DNA of 64,000 nt from positions 41,354,001-41,418,000 of the forward strand of contig OZ024747.1 of NCBI GenBank assembly GCA_964016885.1, given 5' to 3'. Below, piece after piece: positions 13,913 to 26,419 of the stretch. Below the pieces are notes generated by a model. It saw nothing but the letters and a program-made list of their open reading frames with translations, was not told the origin of the DNA and made no database searches. Position numbers and translations under genes: made by a program. The stretch comes from Eledone cirrhosa. Its lineage: Eukaryota. Positions within the stretch are counted from its first letter, which is position 1; each line of letters starts with the position of its first letter.

Positions 13913-13963
13913 ATATATGTGTGTGTGTACATCTGTGCGTGTGTATATATTGATAATTGTATA

Positions 13964-13998
<35 letters not shown>

Positions 13999-14393
13999 TT
14001 GTGTTCTGTTGTGCGTGTTTATGATATATACGTATTTGTATGTGTATAATTGTTTAGCTATGTATGTATATGTGTGTGTATGTGTACGTGTATATATATG
14101 TGGGTGTGTACGTTTGTATTTATGTATATATATGTGTGTATATGTATGCATATATGTGTGTGTGTGTGCATATAGTTGTATACACGTGTGTGTGTGTGTA
14201 TAGATTGTACACTTGTGCGTGGTTATGCATGTATGCGTATGTATGCGTTTATGTATTTGTATTTGAAATTTTTTTTGTGTGAGAGTGTGTGAATGCGTTG
14301 ATTATTTCGTGCGGTTGTATACGTGCTTTTGTGTGTGTTTCTTACCACGCTTGTCTGTCCAGTTTGCTGCCTTATGTAACGGTCTCAATGTTT

Positions 14394-14429
<36 letters not shown>

Positions 14430-14529
14430 TTTTCCTATATTTATTTGCGTGTGTGAATATGTAGAGGAGTGCATTTATATATGTGTATGCATGTACGTGT
14501 GTATATATGTTTGATTGTGTGAATGTATG

Positions 14530-14569
<40 letters not shown>

Positions 14570-14679
14570 GGTATGGCTATGTGTACGTATGTATATGCGT
14601 GTACACACGCGCATATATATATATATATGTATATATATGCGTGTATATATGTGTGTGTGTATGTGTGTGTATATATGCA

Positions 14680-14710
<31 letters not shown>

Positions 14711-14759
14711 ATGTGTGTGTGTATATATATATATATGTATGCGTGTGTGTATGTAGATA

Positions 14760-14847
<88 letters not shown>

Positions 14848-15172
14848 TTTGTATATGTTTGTTCTTAGAGGAACAAAGGCAGACAGATTTCTGTATTCAG
14901 ATTGGAGCCAATCCTTATCATTAGGTTTCTCTTTAGCTTACAGGTGTCTGTAAGATCAGTATGGGGTCAGTCATGGTAGATAGATTTGGAGGAAGGGGAG
15001 ATTCCTTAAAAGCTAAATTCTTAAAGGTTCTAGTAAATTGACGAAGGTTTAGGGAATTCTGTAGACAATTTCTAAGTATAATCTAATTCACGAGACACTT
15101 GCACGCACACACATGTATATGGGGGAAATATATTTATATTTGTATACGCGTGCGTGCGTGCGCGCATACACA

Positions 15173-15209
<37 letters not shown>

Positions 15210-15315
15210 ATATACAGATTCTCATCTATATTAAAACTGTCATGCTCTGCGGTGTACTGAGTGCCTTGCTTGCTGTGGCTGCCTCCGATTCAACCCGGAA
15301 TAACGTGTGTGTGTA

Positions 15316-15413
<98 letters not shown>

Positions 15414-15627
15414 TATACATATACAGATTCTCATATATTTATATTTGTATACGCGTGCATGCGTGCGCGCATACGCATGCGTGTGTGTGTGTGTATGTAT
15501 GTGTTTGTATACATATACAGATTCTCATCTATATTAAAACTTTCATGCTCTGCGGTGTACTGAGTGCCTTGCTTGCTGTGGCTGCCTCCGATTCAACCCG
15601 GAATAACGTGTGTGTGTATGCGTGTGT

Positions 15628-15661
<34 letters not shown>

Positions 15662-15804
15662 TTTTATGTTTTTTCGTGTATGTGTGGTTGTATGTGTAGT
15701 CTTATTTTATTTTTCCTTTCCTTCTTCCTTCTCCAGCCTCACTTTCATATAGCTTGCTTTTTTTGTTTTTTAAGATCCAATTTCAATAAACAAACCAGGA
15801 TTTT

Positions 15805-15862
15805 TTCATTCTGAGGATTGAAAGCAAAACCTTTTGCTTTTAAGAAACCACTGGTAAATGGA
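15805..15862 (+). ncRNA. Type I hammerhead ribozyme motif
   Basis: ttcatt CTGAGGA ttgaaagcaaaa-cc-ttttgcttttaa GAAA cc-act-gg TA aatgga. Confidence 0.85.
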
Positions 15863-16074
15863 ATAATTGCCTTATGTTGTTTATTACATAATAATAATTA
15901 AGCTCTGTTGCTTACATAGAGCACTCTTTTTTCCTGGACTTGTCCGACGGAATTACTTCATTTACACATATATTATATATATATATATATGTAATATATA
16001 AAAGAGAAAACACAGGTAAGCAAAAACTGGATCACAATAAGCAATTTTTTGCTTCTCTAACTATGTAATATATA

Positions 16075-16918
16075 TACATTCATTTGATTTGTTGATTTAT
16101 TGATATTTTATCTGAGTGTCCCGAATCTTCCAGATCGTAATTTTTCGGTCGTATGGTTGATTTTAGACATGTTCTATGTGTGTCGGTATTTTAACGATAG
16201 TTATAGCTCTGATTTATCTGAATTATTGAGCCCTCTGCCGCTCATTTCGAATTTTGTTTATCGTGAACTCGTGCGCCGATTTTTCGATACTCGATTATTC
16301 TACTATATTTAGCTCTAGACTTAGCTATTGACCAGTTAATTTTATTGTTCATTTTTTGTCGATTCTATTAAATGATGAATAGCTCCTGTTTATTTTAACA
16401 TGTCTATTGAGCACTCTTATTCGATATGTGAATTTCCACATTTTCCCGAATATTTTTTGCGGATATAGAGGTTATCTCCCTTGCTGAATTCCATGTGCGT
16501 TTTTTTCAACTTGGGTTGTGCCTTTTTATTCGTTCGGACAAAAGCTCGTTGAGAAAGTAATTCCGGTCCGCTGCTTTCTAGAAGTCTTATATATTTTTAT
16601 GTGGGCTGATAGAGGGCGGTTTAAGGATTTACAGAAACACAAGAAGCTAGATTTACCATCTTTCTAGCGGGTCCGGGTAAACTTTTTACATTCATTTGAT
16701 TTATTGATTTATTGATATTTTATCTGAGTGTCCCGAATCTTCCAGATCGTAATTTTTCGGTCGTATGGTTGATTTTAGACATGTTCTAAGTGTGTCGGTA
16801 TTTTAACGATAGTTATAGCTCTGATTTATCTGAATTATTGAGCCCTCTGCCGCTCATTTCGAATTTTGTTTATCGTGAACTCGTGCGCCGATTTTTCGAT
16901 ACTCGATTATTCTACTAT
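16075..16918. repeat. Element with 232-bp direct terminal repeats (16075-16306 and 16687-16918; period 612)
   Basis: Two near-identical copies (2 mismatches noticed) flanked by (ATATATGTA)n-type tracts. Confidence 0.85.
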
Positions 16919-17022
16919 GTAATATATATATATATGTAATATATATATATGTAATATATATGTGTGTAATATATATATATATGTAATATATATGTATATG
17001 TAATATATATATATATATATAA

Positions 17023-17172
17023 TAATAATACTATTTATAGTTATGTATATACTATAAACAACTATAAACAGGAAAGGTCAGTAATTTCTACTACCTTACT
17101 GGTAATAAAGTAGTAGAAATTACTGACCTTTCCTGTTTATAGTTGTTTATATAACTATAAATAGTATTATTA
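17023..17172. repeat. Short fold-back inverted repeat abutting the PLE 3' end
   Basis: ctataaacaggaaaggtcagtaatttctactac / gtagtagaaattactgacctttcctgtttatag. Confidence 0.8.
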
Positions 17173-17387
17173 TTTCGTTTCTGAATTTGTTTAGCAAGAT
17201 TCTTTATCTGAAATCGTGTGTTGAAACCGATATTGTTATACTTTGGGAGGGTCATGTTGCCAATAAGAAACACACGCACCAGTTGCTTTCACTTCAATTT
17301 ATTATATATTTATAAATTTACAAATCTACAAACTTATAAATTTCTGGTTGGTTGGTTGGTTCCACAACCAGATAGTTGTTTATATAT

Positions 17388-17430
17388 AGTCATAGTCCTT
17401 TCGTCACACTCTGTGACCTCTTCAGTGACT
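17388..17430 (-). ncRNA. Minimal hammerhead ribozyme in PLE-1 3' region
   Basis: Minus strand: agtca CTGAAGA g gtcaca-gag-tgtgac GAAA ggac TA tgact; same strand as the ORF. Confidence 0.8.
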
Positions 17431-17642
17431 GGGGATTCCTTTCTTTGTTTCTGTGCCTTTCCTTTCTTCTGTCCTACGCCATTTTGTTTCTGTGTGTGTG
17501 TTGTGTGCTCAGTTTGCGCATGCGCCACATCCGGGTGTCTGTGTGTGTTTGTGTTCATTTATCTATTTGTTTATTTATTTATTTATTTATTTATTGTTGG
17601 TTGGTTGTTTGTTCTATGTGTGTGTGTGTTTTCATTTTGTCC

Positions 17643-20636
17643 TTAATTGTAAGTTGTGATGTTGCTGTTCCACTCGTATTTTCTATTTAATTTTGGTTGT
17701 AATTCTTTTATGCTTACTGCCTCTGTAATTTGCCTAAACATTGCATCTTTTCTGTGTGTGGATTCTATTTTTATTTCTATGTTCTCTAATTTACCCCTGT
17801 GGTCTATCTTAGCATGTTGGTAGAGCACAGATGATTCTTTATTATCTTGAAGGTCTCGCCAGTGTTCATTTATTCGTTCCCCTATACTACGAGCTGTCTC
17901 ACCTATGTACACTATATTTTTGTTTCTACATTGTCCTTCAGTACATCTTATGCTATACACTACATTTTTAGTTTTACAGTTAATATGGGGGCTTATTTTA
18001 CAGGTTATACATTTCTTATCTATACATGAGGGTCTTTGGAACGGGTATGTCTTGCTAATAAGTGTTTTTACGGAGGTACCTGGTCTTTCTACTATCTTAA
18101 TATTGAGTTTATGTTTATTTAGGGCCCTTCTAAATTTGTAGGCTAGTTCGCCTCTAGGGGTTGTATTGATGAACATTACACTCTGGTATTTATTGCTATC
18201 ATACCATGAGTTTATTCTATTGGCCTTGTTCCTAGTTCTTTCTATTCTATTCCAAAATTTGCTCCTATACAAGGGGCAGGTCCCATTTATGTCATTATTT
18301 ACCATTTTTTCCCATTTGGTTCTGGCTCCTCTATACACTCTGATTCTATCTCTCTGATTGTAGCCAGAGAACTGCATACGGTGGATGAAGTGTTGTATGT
18401 GTCTCTCTAGTTCTTCGGGGTTGCAGATGCGGGACACATTTCTCATCACCCGTACCAAATCCGCAATCAGTATGTTGATTTTGGTATGGTCCGAAATGGC
18501 CGAGTTTCGGTGGATCAGATGTTTGGAAGTCATGGGTTTGGCATAATGGGAATGGAGGATTTGTTTTTGGTTGTTAATGGTATCTAACCAGAGCTCTGTG
18601 TCTAGTACAGGTAATCGATGGTTGGGGTGTCTACTTGGGTAGTCTATAGTAACTCTAATGCTCTGGTCGATGGAGTTTGCTATTTGCTGGATGCTTTCCA
18701 TTGTGTTTTTCTCTAGTTCCTGACTGTTCTTTAGTGGGGGTGTCTTAACTACGATGTTTATATCATCTACGTAGCGGGAGTACATTATCAGGGTTAAGCT
18801 GTCTTCTAATTGTTCTTTAAGTTTTTGTTTAAGTCTACTGTCCCACCATACCATGTATAAGTTAGCTATGTCGCCTGCAATGCTAACACCAATGGCTGCT
18901 CCTTCCTCTTGGGCATATGTTTTACCATTAAATTTGAACATATGTTCCTTAAGGGTTAATTTTATGCTGGCCCCTACCGCATGTGCAATCATTTTCCTCA
19001 GTTCATCGTGGTTTTCGGGTGTCCGTATGGCTCTGGTCCACCCGTTCCATCTATCTGTGTGGGTTTTCTTGGCCATTGAGGTAATGGTAGGTGGTCTGCC
19101 TCTTGCTGGTCTTGTAGGGCACAGGTTGCTAAGGTCATAAGTGTCTAGGTAACTATTACTATGGGTAAGCTTAAGTAGAAGTCCCAGCTCACTGGTATCA
19201 ATCCCACGGAACTCAACCTTGCTCTCGCTGATCATTTCTACGCATTTCTCCACAGCAAAATCCACGTCAATAGATGGATACAGGGACACAACATCCATAC
19301 TGCCTATTATGCAGTTTGTTAGGTCCCCAGATCGGTTACTCGCGCCGATTCTGCTGAGGAGGTCCTCCGTGCTGTCACATACATCTGGGGACATCTCAAT
19401 GATGGGGCGTATGATCAGGGAGAGGAAGTAGGACAGTCTGTAGTTACTAGCAATGTTAGCTCCACAGACTGGCCGTGTTGGTGGTCCCGCGACAGGGTCA
19501 CAGCCCGTTTTATGGTCTTTTCGAAGCCCATACAACGCCGGCACGTCATTGTTCCAGGCCTGGAAGTTGTTGGCAGTCCTTTTGTTGGGCTGCATTATAT
19601 TCGTCCACATCACCATATGGGCATTGAGGGCTTTTTCTCTATCCTCATGCTCCTGTGGTGTTACCTCTCTTGTGTTAGTGATGTGGGGTTGCATTGCCTG
19701 GATGTAGTTTGGCAGGCTGTCAACCGACATTCTGCCAGACTTGTCTGTTGGAAAGCATGCTATCTCTCCATTACGTGAGCGCTGCATGAGCTTACGCAAG
19801 CCATTTGCAGATATTTCTCCCAGTTGCTGGGCCTCTATTCTATTATGCTTCTTGCTATACTGTTCTATAATATTTCTAAGTTCGGATTTAGCTATACTAA
19901 ATTGTGCTTCTGTTTGTTCATCGACCTGCGACGGCAACTGCGTGCGTTTGTTAAATGGTAAAGTCGTGGCGTGGACTCGTCGCAGGTCGAATGATTTATC
20001 GGAGGGATTATAAAACGGAGAGTTCCAGGCTGCTGCTTTATGTGTACTAGTGCTATTGTTATTGTTAGTTGTGTTGTTTCTATTTCTATTTCCACCGACA
20101 GCCTCATGGTTGTTTCTATGTCTCTCATAATTACTCCTGTCTCTTTCCACTGGCTCAATGTTGTTATCTACCCTATTTTGTGTGTCTGTGTGTTCGTCTT
20201 GGTTATTCTCTTTGTCCTTAGTCTCCCATCTCCTTTTTCTTTTAATCTTATTACTTTCCCTTATTTCTCTGATTTCTGTGCTACTGTCATTACTTGTTTT
20301 CTGTGTCTGTGTGTTTGTTAAGATTGTGGTGGTGGTGAGAGGCATTGAATGCGTGTGTGTTGTTGTTGTTGATGTGTGGTGTTGTTGACGTGTGTTGTTG
20401 TTGTCTCCGTGTGTGTTATCGTTGTTGTGTGTGTTGTTATTGTTGTTTGTGTCTGCGTGTCTGTTGTTGTTGTTTCTGGGTATGTTGCTATTGTTGCTGT
20501 TGTTGATGTGTGTGTTGTTGTTATTGTTGTTGGGATGTGTGTTGTATATGTGTGTGCGTATATTGTTGCTTTTGTTTTTGATGCTCCAGCGTAGTTTTGT
20601 AAATGATTTTTCTATTTCTGACAGACAACTAATCAT
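17643..20636 (-). CDS. PLE reverse transcriptase and GIY-YIG endonuclease polyprotein (997 aa, N-terminally incomplete)
   Basis: TDKSGR, KDHK, RPV, SMDVVSLYPSI, QEEGAAIG, RYVDD RT motifs; CxxxxCxxC linker; NVVY..YIGET GIY-YIG; EA..I..P.LN. Confidence 0.93.
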   Translation of the reverse strand: MISCLSEIEKSFTKLRWSIKNKSNNIRTHIYNTHPNNNNNNTHINNSNNSNIPRNNNNRHADTNNNNNTHNNDNTHGDNNNTRQQHHTSTTTTHTHSMPLTTTTILTNTQTQKTSNDSSTEIREIRESNKIKRKRRWETKDKENNQDEHTDTQNRVDNNIEPVERDRSNYERHRNNHEAVGGNRNRNNTTNNNNSTSTHKAAAWNSPFYNPSDKSFDLRRVHATTLPFNKRTQLPSQVDEQTEAQFSIAKSELRNIIEQYSKKHNRIEAQQLGEISANGLRKLMQRSRNGEIACFPTDKSGRMSVDSLPNYIQAMQPHITNTREVTPQEHEDREKALNAHMVMWTNIMQPNKRTANNFQAWNNDVPALYGLRKDHKTGCDPVAGPPTRPVCGANIASNYRLSYFLSLIIRPIIEMSPDVCDSTEDLLSRIGASNRSGDLTNCIIGSMDVVSLYPSIDVDFAVEKCVEMISESKVEFRGIDTSELGLLLKLTHSNSYLDTYDLSNLCPTRPARGRPPTITSMAKKTHTDRWNGWTRAIRTPENHDELRKMIAHAVGASIKLTLKEHMFKFNGKTYAQEEGAAIGVSIAGDIANLYMVWWDSRLKQKLKEQLEDSLTLIMYSRYVDDINIVVKTPPLKNSQELEKNTMESIQQIANSIDQSIRVTIDYPSRHPNHRLPVLDTELWLDTINNQKQILHSHYAKPMTSKHLIHRNSAISDHTKINILIADLVRVMRNVSRICNPEELERHIQHFIHRMQFSGYNQRDRIRVYRGARTKWEKMVNNDINGTCPLYRSKFWNRIERTRNKANRINSWYDSNKYQSVMFINTTPRGELAYKFRRALNKHKLNIKIVERPGTSVKTLISKTYPFQRPSCIDKKCITCKISPHINCKTKNVVYSIRCTEGQCRNKNIVYIGETARSIGERINEHWRDLQDNKESSVLYQHAKIDHRGKLENIEIKIESTHRKDAMFRQITEAVSIKELQPKLNRKYEWNSNITTYN

Positions 20637-20685
20637 ATTTACCTTCTTGAATGTCGCAATTATTATTATTATTATTAACTGCTCC

Positions 20686-20877
20686 GCGGTGGATTGGTAG
20701 TATCGGTAGAGGGTCTGACGCCATGCTTTCCAGCATAGTTACGTCCCTTTACGATCTGAGTTCAAATCCGGCCGAGGTTAACTTTGCCTTTCATCCTTAC
20801 GGGGTCGATAAAATAAAGTACCAGTAATGTACTGGGTAATTGCTGGCCTTGTGCCTAAAATAGAAACAATTATTATT
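20686..20877 (+). mobile_element. SINE family A with 18-bp TSD
   Basis: TSD attattattaactgctcc at 20668-20685 and 20869-20886. Confidence 0.92.
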
Positions 20878-20920
20878 AACTGCTCCATACGGTTGAGCTA
20901 ACATACATTAAATTACCAGT

Positions 20921-23355
20921 ATGCTTATCAAGGATTACCTTCCTATGTCTACTAAGAACATACCAATACCACCTAAAGATACATATGAAAAATTATTGAT
21001 TTATAGTGTCAACTCTTTTATCAATAGAGTGAGGTGGAGGACATTCCATTACGATAGAAACCGATTAGACAAAAACAGAGATACAAAAAACTTCGACTCA
21101 TACGGCTTTAAAACATTTAAAAGCCACCTCACGCCTAATTAAACTCTTTTGAAAATGATCTAATTAAACTAGTTAAGAACATAAGGTATAAAAAAAACAT
21201 CGTAATAGAAACACCTTCTTAAACAACCTTAACTCCACTATTAAAGGATTTAATAAAAATAAAAAAATTCTAGTTCATGCAGATAAAACTAATAATATAT
21301 ATAGCTTAGATTACGATACTTATAGAAAATTTATATATAAAGAACTGCATAGGAGCTATAGAAAAACTACTACTAAAAACCTAGAAGATATAAATATAGA
21401 AGGCCGTAGTATAGTGTGTAAATTGGGACTTCAGAGACATACACCCCTAATCCCCCAAGATTCTCCCTCAAGGACCATAAAGAAGACTTCATTAGTAACC
21501 CTTCGAGAAGATTAATTTGCCCCTCCAAATCTGACATTGGTATTATCAGCAAGAAAATATTAGACGGAATCATCCCACAATTTAAGCACAAAATATATCT
21601 TAACCAATGGGGAAATACGGGTGAAGTTATTGAATGGTTCAAGGATATTAAAGAGAGTAAAAATAAAAAATGTATACAATTTGATATCAATTCATACTAC
21701 ACCTCTGTTTCCCCTATCCTATTAAATAAGGCTTTAATTATGGCCATGAACAATAGTGACCTGACAAGATCCCAAATTGATGTCATACTTGCGGCCAGAA
21801 AAACCATAATTACATTTGAAGATTGATTATGGACACGCAAGGATACGCATAACAACTTTGACATAACTATGGGATCTAGTGACTCGGCGCAGGTCACTGA
21901 TTTGGTGGGCCTATATCTACTAAATGAAATTCATAAGAACATACCCTACCTCAATGGTGGTTTATACCGCGATGATGCACTGCTCCTTATAGACTATAAA
22001 AATTTAATATAGAAAAAACTAGGAAACTATTTTTCAAAGACGTCAACTTAAGTATCACCTTAGATAAAAACACTAAAAACGTTAACTTCCTTGATGCTAC
22101 CCTTTGCCTAAACTCTAAAATATACACACCCTTTCATAAACCAAACGAAAAACTAATTTATGTGAATACCAACTCTAACCACCCTAAATCCATACTAAAC
22201 TTAATTACTAAAAAAATATCTAATAGAATCTCTAATCTATCATATAACGAAACCATATTTAACAATAATTCACAATACTATAATGAGGCCTCAGCTAAAT
22301 CAGGACATAAGAATGGGATTGAATTCCTACCTATTAAATCACATAGTTACAACATGATTTCTCATAATATGGCCATGAGGAAGAATAATAAAAGTACTAG
22401 CCACTGTAACTCTAAGACCAAGGGTAATATCAAACTTAACTCGCACCAAAGTAAACACCACGATAATAATATAAACAGGAATACAAATACCTAAAAAAAC
22501 ATTACAAAAAACAAAAATAAAAGAAGAACTAATACATTCTTCAATCCCCCTTTCAATCTAAACCTCTCTACCAACTTGCCTAAGGCTTTCTTCTCAATCT
22601 TGGAAAAAAACTTCCCATCCGGCCACAAGTACCATAATCTTATCAATAAAAATACCATTAAAATCTCTTACTCTACCACACCTAACATCGCGTATCATAT
22701 AGCTAGTAGTAATAAAAGGAAGATTAATAATTATTTCCAACTAATTAAAACACAACAAGAGGTAAACTTAGTACCTGTAAATCCTAGTAGTAATAATAGT
22801 AATAATGGTAATAGCACTAATGAAATCAATAGCAATAGGAATGACAACCATCATTACCCTAATGCTATCCCTAGCAACCAGACTTCTACACAACATAGTA
22901 ACAGGCAAGCAAACATCCAGAATAAATGTAACTGTAGAACTAATAGAACTTGCTCCTTAGGTAATAATTGATTAATCAAAGACATCATTTACTCATGCAC
23001 GGTCAACGCAAACAACTCTTCTAAAACATATATTGGCTCTACTTCGAACTGCTTCAAGACGAGATACAACTCGCACCTCCACTCTTTCAAAAAACACAAT
23101 CTAGCCAACTCCACTTCTTTATCTAGCTACGTACACTCTCTGAAAACTAGGAATAGACCATTTACACTTCAATGGGAAGTAGTAGGTAGGGCCTCATTGT
23201 ATAAACCACCGAATAAATTGTGTAATCTCTGTCTTCTAGAGACCCGTACTATAACCTTTTCGAAACTAGACCTCCTAAATAGAAAGTCAGAGATATTTTC
23301 CTCATGCCAGCACCACTACCGACACTCGTTCCATAACTTTAAACCTAGCTGCTAG
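20921..23355 (+). pseudogene. Decayed Penelope-like element PLE-2 (distinct lineage), RT plus GIY-YIG
   Basis: KNIPIP..FINRVRWR..YGFK; ADKT; KDHK; FDI..YYTS; FDITMGS; GLYRDD; FNPPF; CNCR; IIY..TYIGST; CNLCLLE; LLN; several frameshifts and stops. Confidence 0.9.
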
Positions 23356-23682
23356 TATATAACAATGTCAGATTTGAATTCATCACCACTATTAACAATT
23401 CACATCTAGGACTTATCAGCCCCCACAGCAACTCACTCTTAGATCAGCTCTTTCCTCTACACAACTCCTATTTATCTCTAACTTTATACTCTACAATAAA
23501 TGTTAGAATTAAGCATAAAGTTACCACCTTTTGATATAACTACAATAGAGTAATTATATTATATACAGTAATGGATATATAATATGTAGAGACATGTAAT
23601 AATAAATTATATATACATTTATAATTAAATATTTAAATTAATAGCATTGTATATAAAGGATTTACTTTTAAAACAATATAAT

Positions 23683-23843
23683 AATTGTTTCTACTTTTTG
23701 GCACAAGGCCAGCAATTACCCAATGCATTACTGATACTTTATTTTATCGACCCCGTAAGGATGAAAGGCAAATTTAACCTCGGCGGGATTTGAACTCAGA
23801 TCATAAAAGGACGTAACTCTATGCTTCAAAGCATGGTGTCCGA
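23683..23843 (-). mobile_element. 5'-truncated SINE family A
   Basis: Reverse complement of consensus; lies between two imperfect ~60-bp direct repeats (about 23617 and 23867). Confidence 0.85.
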
Positions 23844-24618
23844 TAATAATAATAAAGTAAAAATGCATTCATAATTAAATATATAAAGTAATAGCATTGT
23901 ATATAAGGGATTAACTTTTAACACAATAATGTATATATTACAAAAATGATATAACTACTTGGTCATGTAAACAGCTATACAATTTTTCCATTACATATTT
24001 TGTTCAGTAATGAATAGATAACAATCTAAAGAGACCGTTAATGTATTATAGGAAAATACACTGTATTTAAAATTAGGTATAAACATATAGCATTATGTAA
24101 TAGAGATTCACTTGTATCACATTATAATGTGTATTAGAGCAAAGAATTTAAATAATTGAATTTATTAGCTAGTTACCTCCCTTTACGCATTAGCTCCCCT
24201 TAATCTTGGATCACATACTCACTTCCGGAAATTAAACCGTTGGAAAAACTACTTGTTGAACAACACTAATCCAGGAATAAGAATACAATAAGACTAATTT
24301 ACAATCCATTGCTTTAACTAACTTAAAACATTCAATATAAACATTAACTAAAATATAATTCAACATATGTAATGGAAAGGACTGCAGTAACTTTGTTTTT
24401 CTCAACACACACAAATTCGAACACTATCTACTTATTACATCCGCCATAGATTTTAATGCATTAACATATTTGCTTACCATGCAGTATTTATTTATCTATA
24501 TATGCATAATACCTTTGCTTATTTCCTTCTCATATATATGACTAACGCATGTGCACTTATGTATCACAGCATTATCAATAAAGGACTTTAACATCTGAAA
24601 CCACTTCGCATTTTCTTA

Positions 24619-24734
<116 letters not shown>

Positions 24735-24944
24735 GTATGTATGTATACGTACATACATATATATATACAGACGTACAGTAGTATGTATATATATACATAC
24801 ATGCACACATATATATATGTACGTATGGGTTTACCGAACATTTATTATAATCCTCGGTTTGTTTGTAAACAACAAACAGCCCGAATTACGCCGTACAGTA
24901 TTCAGGCAACCATCGTCACCTTTTTGTTCAACACTGACACAGGA

Positions 24945-24987
24945 ACGATGTACTAGTTTCAAGCTTATTAGCTATCGTCAGCATCGT
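24945..24987 (-). ncRNA. Minimal type I hammerhead ribozyme motif
   Basis: Minus strand: acgatg CTGACGA t-agct-aata-agct-t GAAA ctag TA catcgt. Confidence 0.85.
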
Positions 24988-25242
24988 ATACCTTTCTGTC
25001 AGATGGTTGAACGTCTGAAAGTATATACTTTCCTTATGCATATTATATACATACATACTTACATTTAAGTACCAGCCGTACTAAGAGTGAGAAATGAAAT
25101 TTCGTTTCATTCTTTTCCATTTATCGTTTTCGGTGCGCCCGACCGACTAACTCACTCGATATGCAAATTAGGCTGCTCAGCCGTTAATATGCACAAGGAA
25201 AGTATATACTTTCAGACGTTCAACCATCTGCCAGAAAGGTAT

Positions 25243-25285
25243 ACGATGCTGACGATAGCTAATAAGCTTGAAACTAGTACATCGT
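25243..25285 (+). ncRNA. Minimal type I hammerhead ribozyme motif
   Basis: acgatg CTGACGA tagctaataagctt GAAA ctag TA catcgt. Confidence 0.88.
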
Positions 25286-25603
25286 TCCTGTGTCAGTGTT
25301 GAACAAAAAGGTGACGATGGTAGCCTGAACACTGTATGGCGTAATTCGGGCTGTTTGTTTACAAACAAACCGAACATCATAATAAATGTTCGGTAAACCC
25401 ACTGCCTCTCTGTTCTGTCCCTGTTCAATTTTCAATTTTTCATTATATATATATATATATACATATATGTATATATATATATACTACTGTACGTCTGTAT
25501 ACATATATGCATGTACGTATACATACTTATATTTAAGTAACAGCCGTATTAAGAGTGAGAAATGAAATTTCGTTTCATTCTTTTCCATCTATATATATAT
25601 ATA

Positions 25604-25651
<48 letters not shown>

Positions 25652-25956
25652 GTTTAATATAGAAATGGCTTCTACAGCACTAGAACTGTTCCATTCAAAA
25701 GACGCAAACATATATATGTAAAAGATAAACCGAAATAACAAAGCAAACGACACAGTACAATGAAGAAATATATTAGTTTTACTCTTGATATTGTAAGAAG
25801 AGTCTTAACGTTTTGGACATAAATGCCGCTACTTCTAAGCAAAATTTATACCAGAGAATTAGACCCCTCCAAAAAAAACTCTTAGAACAAATGACCGCTT
25901 CTAGTTAGTTGATGGAAGAATAATAACCGTATTATCCAGAATATACCATGTATGTA

Positions 25957-26141
25957 CAGATAACATTCCGTTATAACGAATACCATTATAACAAATTTTT
26001 CAGTATATGGAAATTTTGTTTAATCCTCAAGTTAATAACAAACAAACGCTCCATTTGTTTCGGTCGATCTCGTTATAAAGAATTTTCCGTTACAACAAAT
26101 TTGTTATTCCCTGTGAATTTCGTTATAACGGAATTTCACTG
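25957..26141. mobile_element. Tc1/mariner-pogo (Tigger-like) MITE
   Basis: TIRs cag..attccgttataacgaa / ttcgttataacggaatttcactg flanked by TA; internal cgttataa repeats. Confidence 0.7.
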
Positions 26142-26265
26142 TATTATGTATATATTCATGTGTATCTATCTATATATTTCGTTATATTCTTCGGTTTGTC
26201 GCCTGAAGAATCATACGTAGCGAGAAAAGGTGAGTAGCAGCGAAGTATATAATCAATTCCGAAAC

Positions 26266-26419
<154 letters not shown>

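Larger units (their letters stand above)
11440..15893. repeat. Large inverted repeat (arms about 11651-12990 and 14311-15893) of a microsatellite-rich non-coding element carrying HHRs
   Basis: Unique blocks (e.g. 12280-12520 vs 14845-15105) are near-identical reverse complements; microsatellite lengths differ between arms. Confidence 0.9.
17173..20660 (-). mobile_element. Penelope-like retroelement PLE-1 (possibly Naiad-like), 5'-truncated
   Basis: Single RT plus GIY-YIG ORF followed by a 3' region containing an HHR; the same 3' end recurs at 28640-28790 and 60772. Confidence 0.9.
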
